From an uncultured Pelagibacteraceae bacterium (GTDB lineage Bacteria > Pseudomonadota > Alphaproteobacteria > Pelagibacterales > AG-422-B15), in NCBI GenBank assembly GCA_902521655.1, contig CABYSM010000001.1, positions 30,478 through 94,477 of the forward strand: 64,000 nucleotides of DNA, in the 5' to 3' direction. The position numbers and the translations under genes are program-made. Below, piece after piece: positions 10,088 through 19,444 of this stretch. Each line of letters begins with the position of its first letter. Positions within the stretch are counted from its first letter, which is position 1. Under the pieces are notes generated by a model. That model saw only the letters and a list, made by a program, of their open reading frames with translations, had not been told where the DNA came from and made no database searches.

Positions 10088-10486
10088 ATGAAATATTTTA
10101 TATTTTTAACTTTTTTTTTATACTCATCGCATTCTTGGTCAGCGTCAAGTTTTTATGATAATGCTCTAGAGGATTTCAATGAAACAAATTACGAAAAAGC
10201 CATTAAATATTTAGAAAAGGAAATTGTTTTTAACCCCAAATCATCAGAATCGTTTGTTTTGTTAGGTAAATCTTATGAAAAAATTGACGACTTAAGCACT
10301 GCTAATAAATATTATAATATTGCGTTCACATTAATGCCGCACAATTTAGAGCTTAATTTTCTTTTAGGAAAGACAGCGTATAACTTGGGTAACATAGAAG
10401 ATTATGCCGAATTTATTTCTAATTTAGAAATCCTTTGTGATAATGACTGTGAAGAAATTGATAATCTAAAATTACTGGCTGAGTAG
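10088..10486 (+). CDS. Small secreted TPR-repeat protein
   Basis: A signal peptide (MKYFIFLTFFLYSSHSWSA) is followed by TPR-like helices (YEKAIKYLEKEIVFNPKSSESFVLLGKSYEK...ANKYYNIAFTLMP). The track start at 10028 lies inside guaB; the ATG at 10088 follows the guaB stop. Confidence 0.6.
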   Translation: MKYFIFLTFFLYSSHSWSASSFYDNALEDFNETNYEKAIKYLEKEIVFNPKSSESFVLLGKSYEKIDDLSTANKYYNIAFTLMPHNLELNFLLGKTAYNLGNIEDYAEFISNLEILCDNDCEEIDNLKLLAE

Positions 10487-10487
10487 T

Positions 10488-12026
10488 ATGATTTATATTG
10501 TAGACTTCGGCTCTCAGGTAACTCAATTAATCGCAAGAAGGGTTCGAGAAGCAAGCGTTTATTGTGAAATTGTAAGTAACAAGAACCTGTTGCATAAAAT
10601 TAAGGATACGAAGCCAACTGGAATTATATTTTCAGGAGGACCTGCAAGTGTTCATAAGTCGCGTACACCAAAAATTGATAAGAAAATCTTTTCGCTAAAT
10701 ATTCCAATTTTAGGAATTTGCTACGGAATGCAACTTATAGTTCATCAACTTGGAGGTAGGGTTGAAATATCAAAGGAACGCGAATTTGGCAAAACATTAA
10801 TTACGCACACTCATAAAAGTAAGCTCTTTCAAAACATTAAGTTAAAAAATAAGCAACATTATGTATGGATGAGTCATGGTGACAAGGCAATTAAATTGCC
10901 TAATGATTTTACAATCATAGCGAAAAGTAAAAACTCTAAATTTGTGGGCATAGAAAATAAAAAACTAAATATTTACGGTCTTCAATTTCATCCTGAAGTT
11001 GTTCACACACATCAAGGTGAAAAGATAATCAAGAACTTCATAATCAATATATGCAAAACTAAACCTTCATGGAGCATGCAAAACTATCTTAAAACTCAAG
11101 TTGCCAAAATAAAGATTAAGGTTGAAAAAAACCGTGTCATTTGCGGTTTATCTGGAGGAGTTGACAGTATGGTGACAGCAGCAATAATTTCAAGAGCAAT
11201 TAACAAACAATTAACATGTATCTATGTCGATACTGGCTTAATGAGGTTGAATGAAACTGAGGAAGTGCAAAATTTGTTCAAAAAGCATTTTAAATCAAAG
11301 CTTATTACTGTTAATGCCAAGAATAGATTCTTCACTTCCCTTAAAGGAGTATTTGATCCAGAAAAAAAACGTAAAATTATTGGCAATTTATTTATTAAAA
11401 TATTTAACGCTGAGTCTAGCAAAATCTCTAAAGCAAAATTTTTAGCTCAAGGCACGATCTACCCAGACATAATAGAGAGTCAAAGTTTTCATGGGGGGCC
11501 AACTTCAGTTATCAAGTCACATCACAATGTTGGAGGCCTGCCTAAAGAAATGAAACTGGGTCTTGTCGAACCTTTACAAGAATTATTTAAGGATGAAGTT
11601 CGTAGACTTGGTAAAGAGCTAAAATTACCTAAAGAATTTATTCAAAGACATCCGTTTCCAGGTCCTGGATTAGGAATTCGAATATTAAGTGACATTACAA
11701 AAGATAAAGTGCGAATGTTACAACATGCAGATAAAATTTATATTGATGAGATTAAAGCAGCCAATTTATACAATGAAATCTGGCAAGCTTTTGCAGTTCT
11801 ATTGCCTGTCCGAACTGTTGGCGTAATGGGTGATCAAAGGTCATACGAGTTTGTTTGTGGCTTGAGAGCTGTAACTTCTGTAGATGGCATGACGGCTGAT
11901 TTCTATCCTTTCAGTGGTGAATTTTTAAGTAAAGTATCAACTCGAATTATAAATGAAGTAAAAGGGATTAATCGCGTAGTTTACGATACGACTTCTAAGC
12001 CTCCTGGTACTATTGAGTGGGAATAA
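10488..12026 (+). CDS. guaA: GMP synthase (glutamine-hydrolysing)
   Basis: GATase Cys motif GICYGMQ, PP-loop SGGVDS, and the conserved C-terminus KPPGTIEWE. Confidence 0.97.
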   Translation: MIYIVDFGSQVTQLIARRVREASVYCEIVSNKNLLHKIKDTKPTGIIFSGGPASVHKSRTPKIDKKIFSLNIPILGICYGMQLIVHQLGGRVEISKEREFGKTLITHTHKSKLFQNIKLKNKQHYVWMSHGDKAIKLPNDFTIIAKSKNSKFVGIENKKLNIYGLQFHPEVVHTHQGEKIIKNFIINICKTKPSWSMQNYLKTQVAKIKIKVEKNRVICGLSGGVDSMVTAAIISRAINKQLTCIYVDTGLMRLNETEEVQNLFKKHFKSKLITVNAKNRFFTSLKGVFDPEKKRKIIGNLFIKIFNAESSKISKAKFLAQGTIYPDIIESQSFHGGPTSVIKSHHNVGGLPKEMKLGLVEPLQELFKDEVRRLGKELKLPKEFIQRHPFPGPGLGIRILSDITKDKVRMLQHADKIYIDEIKAANLYNEIWQAFAVLLPVRTVGVMGDQRSYEFVCGLRAVTSVDGMTADFYPFSGEFLSKVSTRIINEVKGINRVVYDTTSKPPGTIEWE

Positions 12027-12086
12027 GAAGACTATTTAACTAAAATCTAACCTAAAAATTAGATTGAATACGACTATAATAAAGTA

Positions 12087-12602
12087 ATGAAAAAATTATT
12101 TTTTAAAATTCTAAATTTTTTTAAATCAATATTTAATTTAAATTTTACTGATTTTACTTGGATTAAAACAGCTAAATTTATTGAGTTAGATAATATTGAT
12201 GTTTCTGAAGACCCTGTAAGACCAGAGCTTGATCTTGAATGGAGAACCAAGCATGACAGAAAAATATATGGTTTAGAATATAATAATGAAATTGAAGGCA
12301 TTATGTGTTTAGCTTTTACAAAGGACGTTCCTCATTCAATAAAAGAATTGGATTTAATGAGCCGACTGGCCGTTTACGAGCAAAATGCTGATACAATAAT
12401 TGCTTATACTGTGTGGTCGAGAAAAAAAGGTGCGGGCAAAAAAATTATGGAAGAGGCTTTAAAATTTGGCAAAGAGATGGGGTATAAAAGGATTGTAACT
12501 CTCTCTCCTTTGACACCAATGGCCACTCATTACCACATCAGAAACGGAGCAAAACTCCTAGGACATAATCCAACAACTCAGAATTTTGAATATTCTTTTT
12601 AA
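12087..12602 (+). CDS. Hypothetical protein, possible GNAT-fold acyltransferase
   Basis: 171 aa. SRKKGAGKKIMEEAL fits the GNAT motif A pattern R-x-x-G-x-G/A. I recognise no specific family. Confidence 0.35.
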   Translation: MKKLFFKILNFFKSIFNLNFTDFTWIKTAKFIELDNIDVSEDPVRPELDLEWRTKHDRKIYGLEYNNEIEGIMCLAFTKDVPHSIKELDLMSRLAVYEQNADTIIAYTVWSRKKGAGKKIMEEALKFGKEMGYKRIVTLSPLTPMATHYHIRNGAKLLGHNPTTQNFEYSF

Positions 12603-12662
12603 TACTGCAGACTTTCAGTTCAAATCCATGGAAACTAACTATAATTAGGCTATATATAAATT

Positions 12663-14105
12663 ATGGTATTAGCAAAAAATATAAATGTAATGTGGTTCAG
12701 GCAAGACCTGCGTTTATCTGACAATCCCGCTTTAACTAATGCACTTGAGGATGGCAAGACCTTACCAATTTTTATATTTGATAACGTAAATTCAAAGGAA
12801 CACATAAATGGCTCTGCAAGCAAGTGGTGGTTGCACCATTCATTAACGAAATTAAATAAGTCATTAAAAAATAAACTCGTTTTTTTTAGAGGTAATCCAA
12901 TAGATATTTTAGATGAAATTAATAATCAATTTGAAGTTTCAAATATATTCTGGAATCGTTGTTATGAACCTTGGAGAATTAAACGAGACAAAAAAATAAA
13001 AAAATATTTTAACGAAAAAGATATTAATGTAGACACTTTTAACGGATCGCTGTTATGGGAACCATGGAACATTGCAAAAAAAGACGGAACTCCATATAAA
13101 GTATTCACTCCATACTATCGAAAAGGGTGTCTAAATTCAGATAAACCTCGTATGCCACTACCAGTGCCCAATTTATCTAATTTAATATCAATTGATAATC
13201 ATGATTTAAAAATAGAAGACCTGGAGCTAATGCCTGAGCACAATTGGTATAATAAAATGATTTCTCTTTGGTCTCCTGGAGAAGAAGGTGCCAAGAGTAA
13301 GATTGAAGAGTTTATTTCGAATGGATTAAATAATTATAAAGAAGGGAGAAATTTTCCATCTAACAAAAATGTTTCTCAACTTTCACCTCACTTACACTTT
13401 GGCGAAGTCTCACCAAACCAAGTGTGGTACCGAGCTAAGACAAAAGAAGGAAAATTAGGCATTAAGAAAGACTTAGATCACTTCTTGAGTGAATTAGGTT
13501 GGAGAGAGTTTTCTTTTAATTTGCTCTACCATTTTCCATTTCTTCCAAAAGAAAACTTGCAAAAGAAGTTCGACAATTTTCCATGGGATAATGATAAAGA
13601 CAAATTAAAGAAATGGCAAAAAGGACTAACTGGTTATCCAATTGTTGATGCTGGTATGCAAGAGTTATGGCAAACGGGCTACATGCACAATAGACTAAGA
13701 ATGGTAGTGGGGTCATTTCTTGTAAAAAATTTACTTTTACATTGGCATCATGGAGAAAGATGGTTTTGGGACTGCTTGATTGACGCAGATCTAGCGAGCA
13801 ATAGTGCTGGGTGGCAATGGATCGCTGGTTCAGGCGCGGATGCCGCTCCATATTTTAGAATTTTTAACCCAATAACTCAGGGACAGAAATTTGATCCTGA
13901 CGGAAAATACACAAGAAAATACCTACCTGTTTTGAATGATATGCCAGATAAGTTCTTATTTAACCCTTGGGAAGCCCCTGAAGATGTCCTAAGATCGGCA
14001 GGTGTGAAGCTTGGCGAGAATTATCCACTGCCTATTGTTGAAATTGGCTCATCCCGTCAAAAAGCTTTAGAGGCATTTGCCACAACTAAAACTTTAATAG
14101 CCTAA
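12663..14105 (+). CDS. phrB: Deoxyribodipyrimidine photolyase (class I CPD photolyase/cryptochrome family)
   Basis: N-terminal WFRQDLRLSDNPAL plus the FAD-binding block TGYPIVDAGMQELWQTGYMHNRLRMVVGSFLVKNLLLHWHHGERWFWD...DADLASNSAGWQWIAGSGADAAPYFRIFNP. Confidence 0.9.
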   Translation: MVLAKNINVMWFRQDLRLSDNPALTNALEDGKTLPIFIFDNVNSKEHINGSASKWWLHHSLTKLNKSLKNKLVFFRGNPIDILDEINNQFEVSNIFWNRCYEPWRIKRDKKIKKYFNEKDINVDTFNGSLLWEPWNIAKKDGTPYKVFTPYYRKGCLNSDKPRMPLPVPNLSNLISIDNHDLKIEDLELMPEHNWYNKMISLWSPGEEGAKSKIEEFISNGLNNYKEGRNFPSNKNVSQLSPHLHFGEVSPNQVWYRAKTKEGKLGIKKDLDHFLSELGWREFSFNLLYHFPFLPKENLQKKFDNFPWDNDKDKLKKWQKGLTGYPIVDAGMQELWQTGYMHNRLRMVVGSFLVKNLLLHWHHGERWFWDCLIDADLASNSAGWQWIAGSGADAAPYFRIFNPITQGQKFDPDGKYTRKYLPVLNDMPDKFLFNPWEAPEDVLRSAGVKLGENYPLPIVEIGSSRQKALEAFATTKTLIA

Positions 14106-14623
14106 TGAATACAGACACTATTCTTCTTATTGTACAAATGGTAGCGGCATTTGGTGTGCTCGTCTCAGTTATTTATTTGGGATTACAAATTCATCAACAA
14201 AATGAAATTACTAAAGCTCAATTTGGACATTCTCTTACACAACGAATGTATGAAAGATATTTTAATACAGCGAAAGATAAGGAGTTTAGTAATTTTTTAG
14301 CAAAAGATTGGGCCACAGGTGACCTAGATGACTCAGATAAATGGCGCGTCGCTATTTTTATAAATACATTATTGGTAGATATATTTGATACCTACGAGAA
14401 AGTTGAAAAAGGGTTCGTTGATGAATCACATCTCAAAATGAGAATGCACATGCTAAAGCTTGGAGTTATGAAAGCACCCATTGCACAATCGTCATGGAAA
14501 TACTGGAAAGGGATAAAGTCAGATGAGTTTATCAAGTGGTTTGAAGCAGAAATTTATGGCGATTCTGACTCATTCAATGAAGGCTACCAAGAAGAAGTAA
14601 TCCCTAATGTTAGGCGAAAATAG
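14105..14623 (+). CDS. Hypothetical single-pass membrane protein
   Basis: 172 aa with an N-terminal TM (ILLIVQMVAAFGVLVSVIYLGL) and then a helical soluble domain. Its start overlaps the photolyase stop (TAATG). No family recognised. Confidence 0.5.
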   Translation: MNTDTILLIVQMVAAFGVLVSVIYLGLQIHQQNEITKAQFGHSLTQRMYERYFNTAKDKEFSNFLAKDWATGDLDDSDKWRVAIFINTLLVDIFDTYEKVEKGFVDESHLKMRMHMLKLGVMKAPIAQSSWKYWKGIKSDEFIKWFEAEIYGDSDSFNEGYQEEVIPNVRRK

Positions 14624-14678
14624 CCAGTTTTTAAGCTTTTGATAGAAATTTTTCTATTTCTAAAGTATAAACCGCTGG

Positions 14679-15506
14679 ATGAAACGTAAATCTGTAATTG
14701 ATATCAAAAACCAAAAAGGAAAAACCCCAATTGTTTGCTTGACGGCATACACCTCACCGATTGCAAGATCTATTGATGGCTGCGGTGATCTTTTATTAGT
14801 AGGCGACTCACTTGGAATGGTTCTGTATGACTATCAAAATACATTGCCAGTAACACTCTTTCAAATGATAGAGCATGCAAAATCTGTTGTTAATGCAACA
14901 AAACAGTCGTGCATTATAGTTGATATGCCTTTTGGGACTTATGAAGAGTCTGTTGACAAAGCTTTTATGAATGCTGCAAACGTAATGAAGGAAACAAACT
15001 GCAATGGAGTAAAGCTTGAGGGTGGAAGAAAGATGTTTGAAACAGTAAAATATTTAACTGACCGTTCAATCCCAGTAATGGGACACATTGGTCTTCAGCC
15101 TCAAAGTGTCCTCATAGATGGTGGCTATAAAGTCAAAGGAAGAAATAAATTTGATTGGGGTAAATATATTGATGATGCAATTGCAATAGAAGAGGCTGGA
15201 GCATTTTCAGTAGTACTAGAAGGTATGGCTGAACCATTAGCTGCTGACATCACATCCAGAATATCGATACCAACGATTGGTATAGGCGCCTCTCCTAATT
15301 GCGATGGCCAAGTATTAGTAACAGAAGATATGTTAGGCTTAACTAACATTGCCCCTAAGTTTGTAAAAAAATATGCTGATTTAGAAAGCTTAATAAAAAA
15401 GGCAGCACACCAATATGCTGGTGAGGTGAGAAATAGAGAGTTTCCATCTAAGGAGCATACTTATGCTATGAATCCTCAAATTATTAGAAAAGGTGATGAA
15501 GATTAA
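14679..15506 (+). CDS. panB: 3-methyl-2-oxobutanoate hydroxymethyltransferase
   Basis: LTAYTSPIARSIDGCGDLLLVGDSLGMV...DMPFGTY...VKLEGG...MGHIGLQPQ are typical PanB blocks. Confidence 0.93.
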   Translation: MKRKSVIDIKNQKGKTPIVCLTAYTSPIARSIDGCGDLLLVGDSLGMVLYDYQNTLPVTLFQMIEHAKSVVNATKQSCIIVDMPFGTYEESVDKAFMNAANVMKETNCNGVKLEGGRKMFETVKYLTDRSIPVMGHIGLQPQSVLIDGGYKVKGRNKFDWGKYIDDAIAIEEAGAFSVVLEGMAEPLAADITSRISIPTIGIGASPNCDGQVLVTEDMLGLTNIAPKFVKKYADLESLIKKAAHQYAGEVRNREFPSKEHTYAMNPQIIRKGDED

Positions 15507-16138
15507 TGTCAGATATTTTAAGACAAGTTGATGAAGAATTAAGACAGGATCGTCTAATAAATTTGTGGAGACGTTACCGTGTTTATTTAATTGGCGGACT
15601 AATTTTATTAATTGGTTCGGTACTTGGTTATCAAATCAATAAATCAGTAAATCAGTCATTTTATGAAGAAGAAGTAGAGAAATATATTGGTTCTTCAGAT
15701 TTAGTAGATTTAAACCAAACGATTGAAAATTTAGGTAAAATTGAAAGTTCAAATAAATTATTCATCTCAGGTTTAGCGCAAATCAAAATTGCGATGCTGT
15801 TAATGGAAAATGGAAAAATACAAGAGAGCAAAAACAAGCTATTAGAGATAATCAATGAAGATAAAGTGAATGTTATCCTAACTGACCTGGCTATTTATTT
15901 TTATTTAATGAGTAGTTTAGACGATATGCCGATGAGTGAAATAAAAATATATCTCAAAAAAAATAAATTAGAAAACAGTTCTTTTAAATATCTCTTTAAA
16001 GAAACTATTGCTATTAAGTATTTACTAGCAGGAAACACTAAACTGTCTAAAGAAAAATTTGATGAACTAGTGAATGATCAAAATACACCAAAAGATATTA
16101 TTATTAGAGTGACTAAATTTTTAGACACAATTAAATAG
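15506..16138 (+). CDS. YfgM-like membrane-anchored TPR-like protein
   Basis: 210 aa with one TM after a charged N-terminus (LRQDRLINLWRRYRVYLIGGLILLIGSVLGY). Its position directly upstream of bamB-der mirrors the yfgM-bamB-der order in E. coli. The start overlaps the panB stop (TAATG). Confidence 0.5.
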   Translation: MSDILRQVDEELRQDRLINLWRRYRVYLIGGLILLIGSVLGYQINKSVNQSFYEEEVEKYIGSSDLVDLNQTIENLGKIESSNKLFISGLAQIKIAMLLMENGKIQESKNKLLEIINEDKVNVILTDLAIYFYLMSSLDDMPMSEIKIYLKKNKLENSSFKYLFKETIAIKYLLAGNTKLSKEKFDELVNDQNTPKDIIIRVTKFLDTIK

Positions 16139-16139
16139 T

Positions 16140-17438
16140 ATGAGAATTTATTTATATATTATTTTGCTTGCAACATTTGTAATGTTTAGTTGTGCAAAAG
16201 ATGAAACATTAGAGAATGATACTAATAGTTTTTCCATATTGGCTTATGATTCAGAGATCACGGAAACTTTAGGATTAAATATTGAAGATATAAGAATAGA
16301 TCCTCCAAAGGAATTAAATTACTGGTCGCAGCATTTTCAAAATCCTGGAAATAATTTGAATAATATATTCTCTTTATCGAAATTTGAAGATAACACAAAG
16401 ATTGTATCGGGGACAAGAGGAGCTTTAAACATTATTCAGCCTATTTATTTTAACGACACGCTTTGCTACATCCTTACCAAAGGTTTTTTAGAATGTAAAA
16501 GTCTCACAAACAATGAAATATTATTTTCAATTAATATAAAAATTGATGAAAATAAAAAATATGAAGTTATTAGGGGCGGACTTGCTTATTTTGATAATAA
16601 AATAGTATTAGTTGATGCATATGGGCAGATTTTGCTGATTGACTCTAGAGATGGAAGTAAAATATGGGAAAAAAAAATTGAATTTCCAATATTGTCCCCA
16701 CCACTAATTTATAGAAACCAGATTTTATTTATTTCGTCCGATAATAGATTGTTTTCTCTTTCGTTAGAAACTGGTGATATAGACTGGTCTTTTCAAACAG
16801 TTGCGGAAGATAAGAAAAGCCTTATTACAGCTTCACCAATAGGTTTTGAGAACATAATCATAGCTCCATTTAGTAATGGGGAACTAGTTGCCTTTGATAA
16901 TGATACTGGCAGACCTTTGTGGTCTGAAAATGTCTCAAAAATCTCATTATTGAGTAATTTTGATATAAAAGATATTTCAGCTAGTCCAGTATTATCAAAT
17001 AATACAATTTTTTCTGTTAGCACTAACGGCAAATTGATATCGACAAATGCTATTAATGGAAATAGGAATTGGGCAATAGATTTGTCAGGATACAGGACAC
17101 CAACTATTACAGGAGTTCAAATATATGTTATTGATGAAGATGGAAAACTTATCTGTTTAAATAAAAATACAGGTGAAGTTTTTTGGATTACAGAACTTAA
17201 AAAATATAAAAAAGGTCAAAAAGCAAAGGATTTGAATTTATGGCTAGGACCTTATTTAATAAATGGTTTATTATATAATATTTCTTATTTTGGCGAATTA
17301 AAAATTGTATCACCAATGACAGGTGAATTATTATCAACTGACAGTCTAGGTGTAAAAGGCATTATATTGCCGCCAATTATATTGAGTAACGCAGTATTTA
17401 TAATGGATGAAAATTCCAATGTCTTCCATTTTGAATAA
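16140..17438 (+). CDS. bamB: Outer-membrane assembly lipoprotein BamB (PQQ-like beta-propeller)
   Basis: Lipoprotein signal with Cys (LLATFVMFSC), repeated beta-propeller blades (DGSKIWEKK, TGDIDWSFQ, TGRPLWSEN, NGNRNWAID, TGEVFWITE), and synteny with der. Confidence 0.7.
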   Translation: MRIYLYIILLATFVMFSCAKDETLENDTNSFSILAYDSEITETLGLNIEDIRIDPPKELNYWSQHFQNPGNNLNNIFSLSKFEDNTKIVSGTRGALNIIQPIYFNDTLCYILTKGFLECKSLTNNEILFSINIKIDENKKYEVIRGGLAYFDNKIVLVDAYGQILLIDSRDGSKIWEKKIEFPILSPPLIYRNQILFISSDNRLFSLSLETGDIDWSFQTVAEDKKSLITASPIGFENIIIAPFSNGELVAFDNDTGRPLWSENVSKISLLSNFDIKDISASPVLSNNTIFSVSTNGKLISTNAINGNRNWAIDLSGYRTPTITGVQIYVIDEDGKLICLNKNTGEVFWITELKKYKKGQKAKDLNLWLGPYLINGLLYNISYFGELKIVSPMTGELLSTDSLGVKGIILPPIILSNAVFIMDENSNVFHFE

Positions 17439-18240
17439 AATAAATTTTTGTATTATTGGCAAGCCAAATTCAGGTAAATCAACTTTATTTAATTGTTTAC
17501 TTAAAGACAGTATTTCTCCAGTTGGTGATGAATATGGACTTACAAAGAATTTGTATAAAGATAAATTTACTTTGTATAGTTACGATTTTACAATTTTTGA
17601 TACTCCAGGACTGAGACGAAAAAGTAAGATCAATGATCTGGATGAAAAGAATAGAAACAAGGAAGTTATAACACTTGTTGACAAAGTTGACGTAGTAATC
17701 TTGCTCATAGATTCTGTTGAAAATATTACCAAGCAAGATTTTAGGCTAGCTGATTTGGCAATAACAAAAAAAAAGATAATATTTTTTTTGTTTAATAAGA
17801 TGGATCTTATTGATGAGGGAAAGAAATTTAAAACTAAGATAGATAAATATTTAAGTAACAACTACAGTCAATATCAAATGATAAACACAGATTTCATTTC
17901 TGCAAAGAAAAATATTAGAATTAAGAATTTTATAAAACAAATTATAACCAAAAATAAACTTGTCCACGTTGAAATCACAAAAACAAATTTAAATAAATTC
18001 CTTAATTATTTAAACAAACAATCAAAATATCCAAAAATTAAAAAAAGAGAAATTAAGCCAAAATACATTGTGCAAATAAAGACTGGCGCTCCACTTTTTA
18101 AGGTCTTTATTAATTCAAAAAAGAAAGCACCTCTTATTTTTCAAAGATTCTTTGATAATGCATTCAGGGATTTTTTTAAAATAAAAGGAGTGCCTATTTC
18201 TTATCAATTTATAAGCTCTAGCAATCCTTATTCAGACTAA
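17407..18240 (+). CDS. der: Ribosome-associated GTPase Der/EngA homolog with a single G domain (GD2-like) plus a KH-like domain
   Basis: 277 aa. G1 is GKPNSGKST, G2 is GLTKN, G3 is DTPGLRRK, G4 is NKMD and G5 is ISAK. The Der-type C-terminal KH-like domain follows (KYPKIKKREIKPKYIVQIKTGAPLFKVFINS...FFDNAFRDFFKIKGVPISYQF...NPY). There is no first G domain. The start overlaps bamB by 32 nt. Confidence 0.8.
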   Translation: MKIPMSSILNKINFCIIGKPNSGKSTLFNCLLKDSISPVGDEYGLTKNLYKDKFTLYSYDFTIFDTPGLRRKSKINDLDEKNRNKEVITLVDKVDVVILLIDSVENITKQDFRLADLAITKKKIIFFLFNKMDLIDEGKKFKTKIDKYLSNNYSQYQMINTDFISAKKNIRIKNFIKQIITKNKLVHVEITKTNLNKFLNYLNKQSKYPKIKKREIKPKYIVQIKTGAPLFKVFINSKKKAPLIFQRFFDNAFRDFFKIKGVPISYQFISSSNPYSD

Positions 18241-18926
18241 AGGTTAATAATTTCACCACTTTTTTCATTTGATAGCAAGAAATTTACAACCGCTCTAGCT
18301 ACGTCGACTGGATCTTTTATGCTATTTTTATCCTCGCCAGGCATGATATTTTCTCTTAATTTAGTATTTACTGCACCTGGGCAGATAATATTAGCATTTA
18401 TAGAGGTACCTTTATTTTCATTGGCAAAACTAATGACTAATTCATTTAAAGCAGTCATAATTGGTTGATATATGCCCCAATATTGGGACTGCATTTCATT
18501 TTTAATTGAAGAGATAACAATTAAGTTAGATTTCTTAGAATTTTTTAGTAAAGGGTGAAAATTTTTCATAATTCTAAAATTAGAAATATAGTTTAATTTG
18601 ATAGTTTTATTGAATTCATTTAAATCAATTGACTCTACAGGCGATAATTTAGTTATTTGGCCCGCAGATGAAACAATAATATCTAAAAATCTATCTTTCT
18701 TAAATATTTTTTCAGAAAGATTTTCTATCACATTAGGTTCACATAAATCAATTGGAACAATTGTACATTCACATCCATTTGAAATTATTTTATCATTTAT
18801 CTCTTCTAATTTAGATGTATTGCGTGACAAAATATATATGTGTTTAACTGACTTTGATAACTCCTGAGCAATACTTGCCCCAATTCCAGATGAGGCGCCT
18901 GTAATAAGACAATTTAGATTTCTCAT
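18237..18926 (-). CDS. Short-chain dehydrogenase/reductase family protein (atypical active site)
   Basis: Rossmann motif ITGASSGIG and NAG-like SSAG. The expected YxxxK reads YQPIM, so the Lys is not present by my manual alignment. Confidence 0.75.
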   Translation of the reverse strand: MRNLNCLITGASSGIGASIAQELSKSVKHIYILSRNTSKLEEINDKIISNGCECTIVPIDLCEPNVIENLSEKIFKKDRFLDIIVSSAGQITKLSPVESIDLNEFNKTIKLNYISNFRIMKNFHPLLKNSKKSNLIVISSIKNEMQSQYWGIYQPIMTALNELVISFANENKGTSINANIICPGAVNTKLRENIMPGEDKNSIKDPVDVARAVVNFLLSNEKSGEIINL

Positions 18927-18927
18927 G

Positions 18928-19443
18928 TTAAATACCTATTTCGTCTAAATTTCTTGGTATATGTTCAAGAAAACCTACTCCGATATTTACCATTTCAGCA
19001 AATGAACTGCTAGTCATAAAGTCATTTAATAAGCTAGAAGATATATTCTGATTTATAAAAAACAAAATTATCACAACTACAATATACCCCCTGAAAATGC
19101 CCAGGACCCCTCCAAACCCCATATCAACAAGCCCCTTTTTTTTAGGTTGTAAAAAACCAATAAAAAGTTTTAGTAAGAATGAAATAAATATATATGAGGT
19201 TATGAGGGTTATTAGAAATATTGTTACATCAGATAAAGTTTCATTAGTAATATATTGATCTGCAACAGGCCTTAATAAGGTAAAACAATTTTTAAGTATA
19301 AAAAATATTAGTATCCATTTGAATAAATTAAAAAAACTTTTTAATAATCCATTTTTAATACCAAAAAAAAATGATATTAGGCAAACGATTAGGAAAGTAA
19401 TGTCAAAAGCATTGAGAAATTGAGAATAATTAAGTTCGTTCAT
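18928..19443 (-). CDS. cvpA: CvpA-family membrane protein
   Basis: Four-TM small protein; FDITFLIVCLISFFFGIKNGLLKSFFNLFKWIL resembles the CvpA N-terminus. The likely start is MNELNY at 19443, 1 nt after the upstream stop. Confidence 0.7.
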   Translation of the reverse strand: MNELNYSQFLNAFDITFLIVCLISFFFGIKNGLLKSFFNLFKWILIFFILKNCFTLLRPVADQYITNETLSDVTIFLITLITSYIFISFLLKLFIGFLQPKKKGLVDMGFGGVLGIFRGYIVVVIILFFINQNISSSLLNDFMTSSSFAEMVNIGVGFLEHIPRNLDEIGI

Positions 19444-19444
19444 C

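Noticed and set aside
12618-12627. GTTCAAATCC, a tRNA T-loop-like string upstream of the photolyase gene, considered as a tRNA fragment or att-site remnant of an inserted island.
   Set aside because: The flanking bases do not form a T-stem, there is no acceptor or anticodon arm, there is no matching direct repeat on the other side of the phr cluster, and no integrase is present.
14640-14663. Small AT-only inverted repeats after hypothetical gene 14105-14623 (TAGAAAT-N6-ATTTCTA) and after guaA (AATCTAA-N8-TTAGATT, about 12045-12066), considered as intrinsic terminators.
   Set aside because: The stems are 7 bp of A/T with no following T-run. Such repeats are common by chance at this base composition.
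17300-17440. Possibility that the missing Der GD1 is hidden upstream in another frame or that bamB-der is a mis-split fusion.
   Set aside because: The upstream sequence is fully occupied by a complete 432-aa BamB propeller ending ...VFHFE. The track shows no other open frame carrying G-domain motifs.
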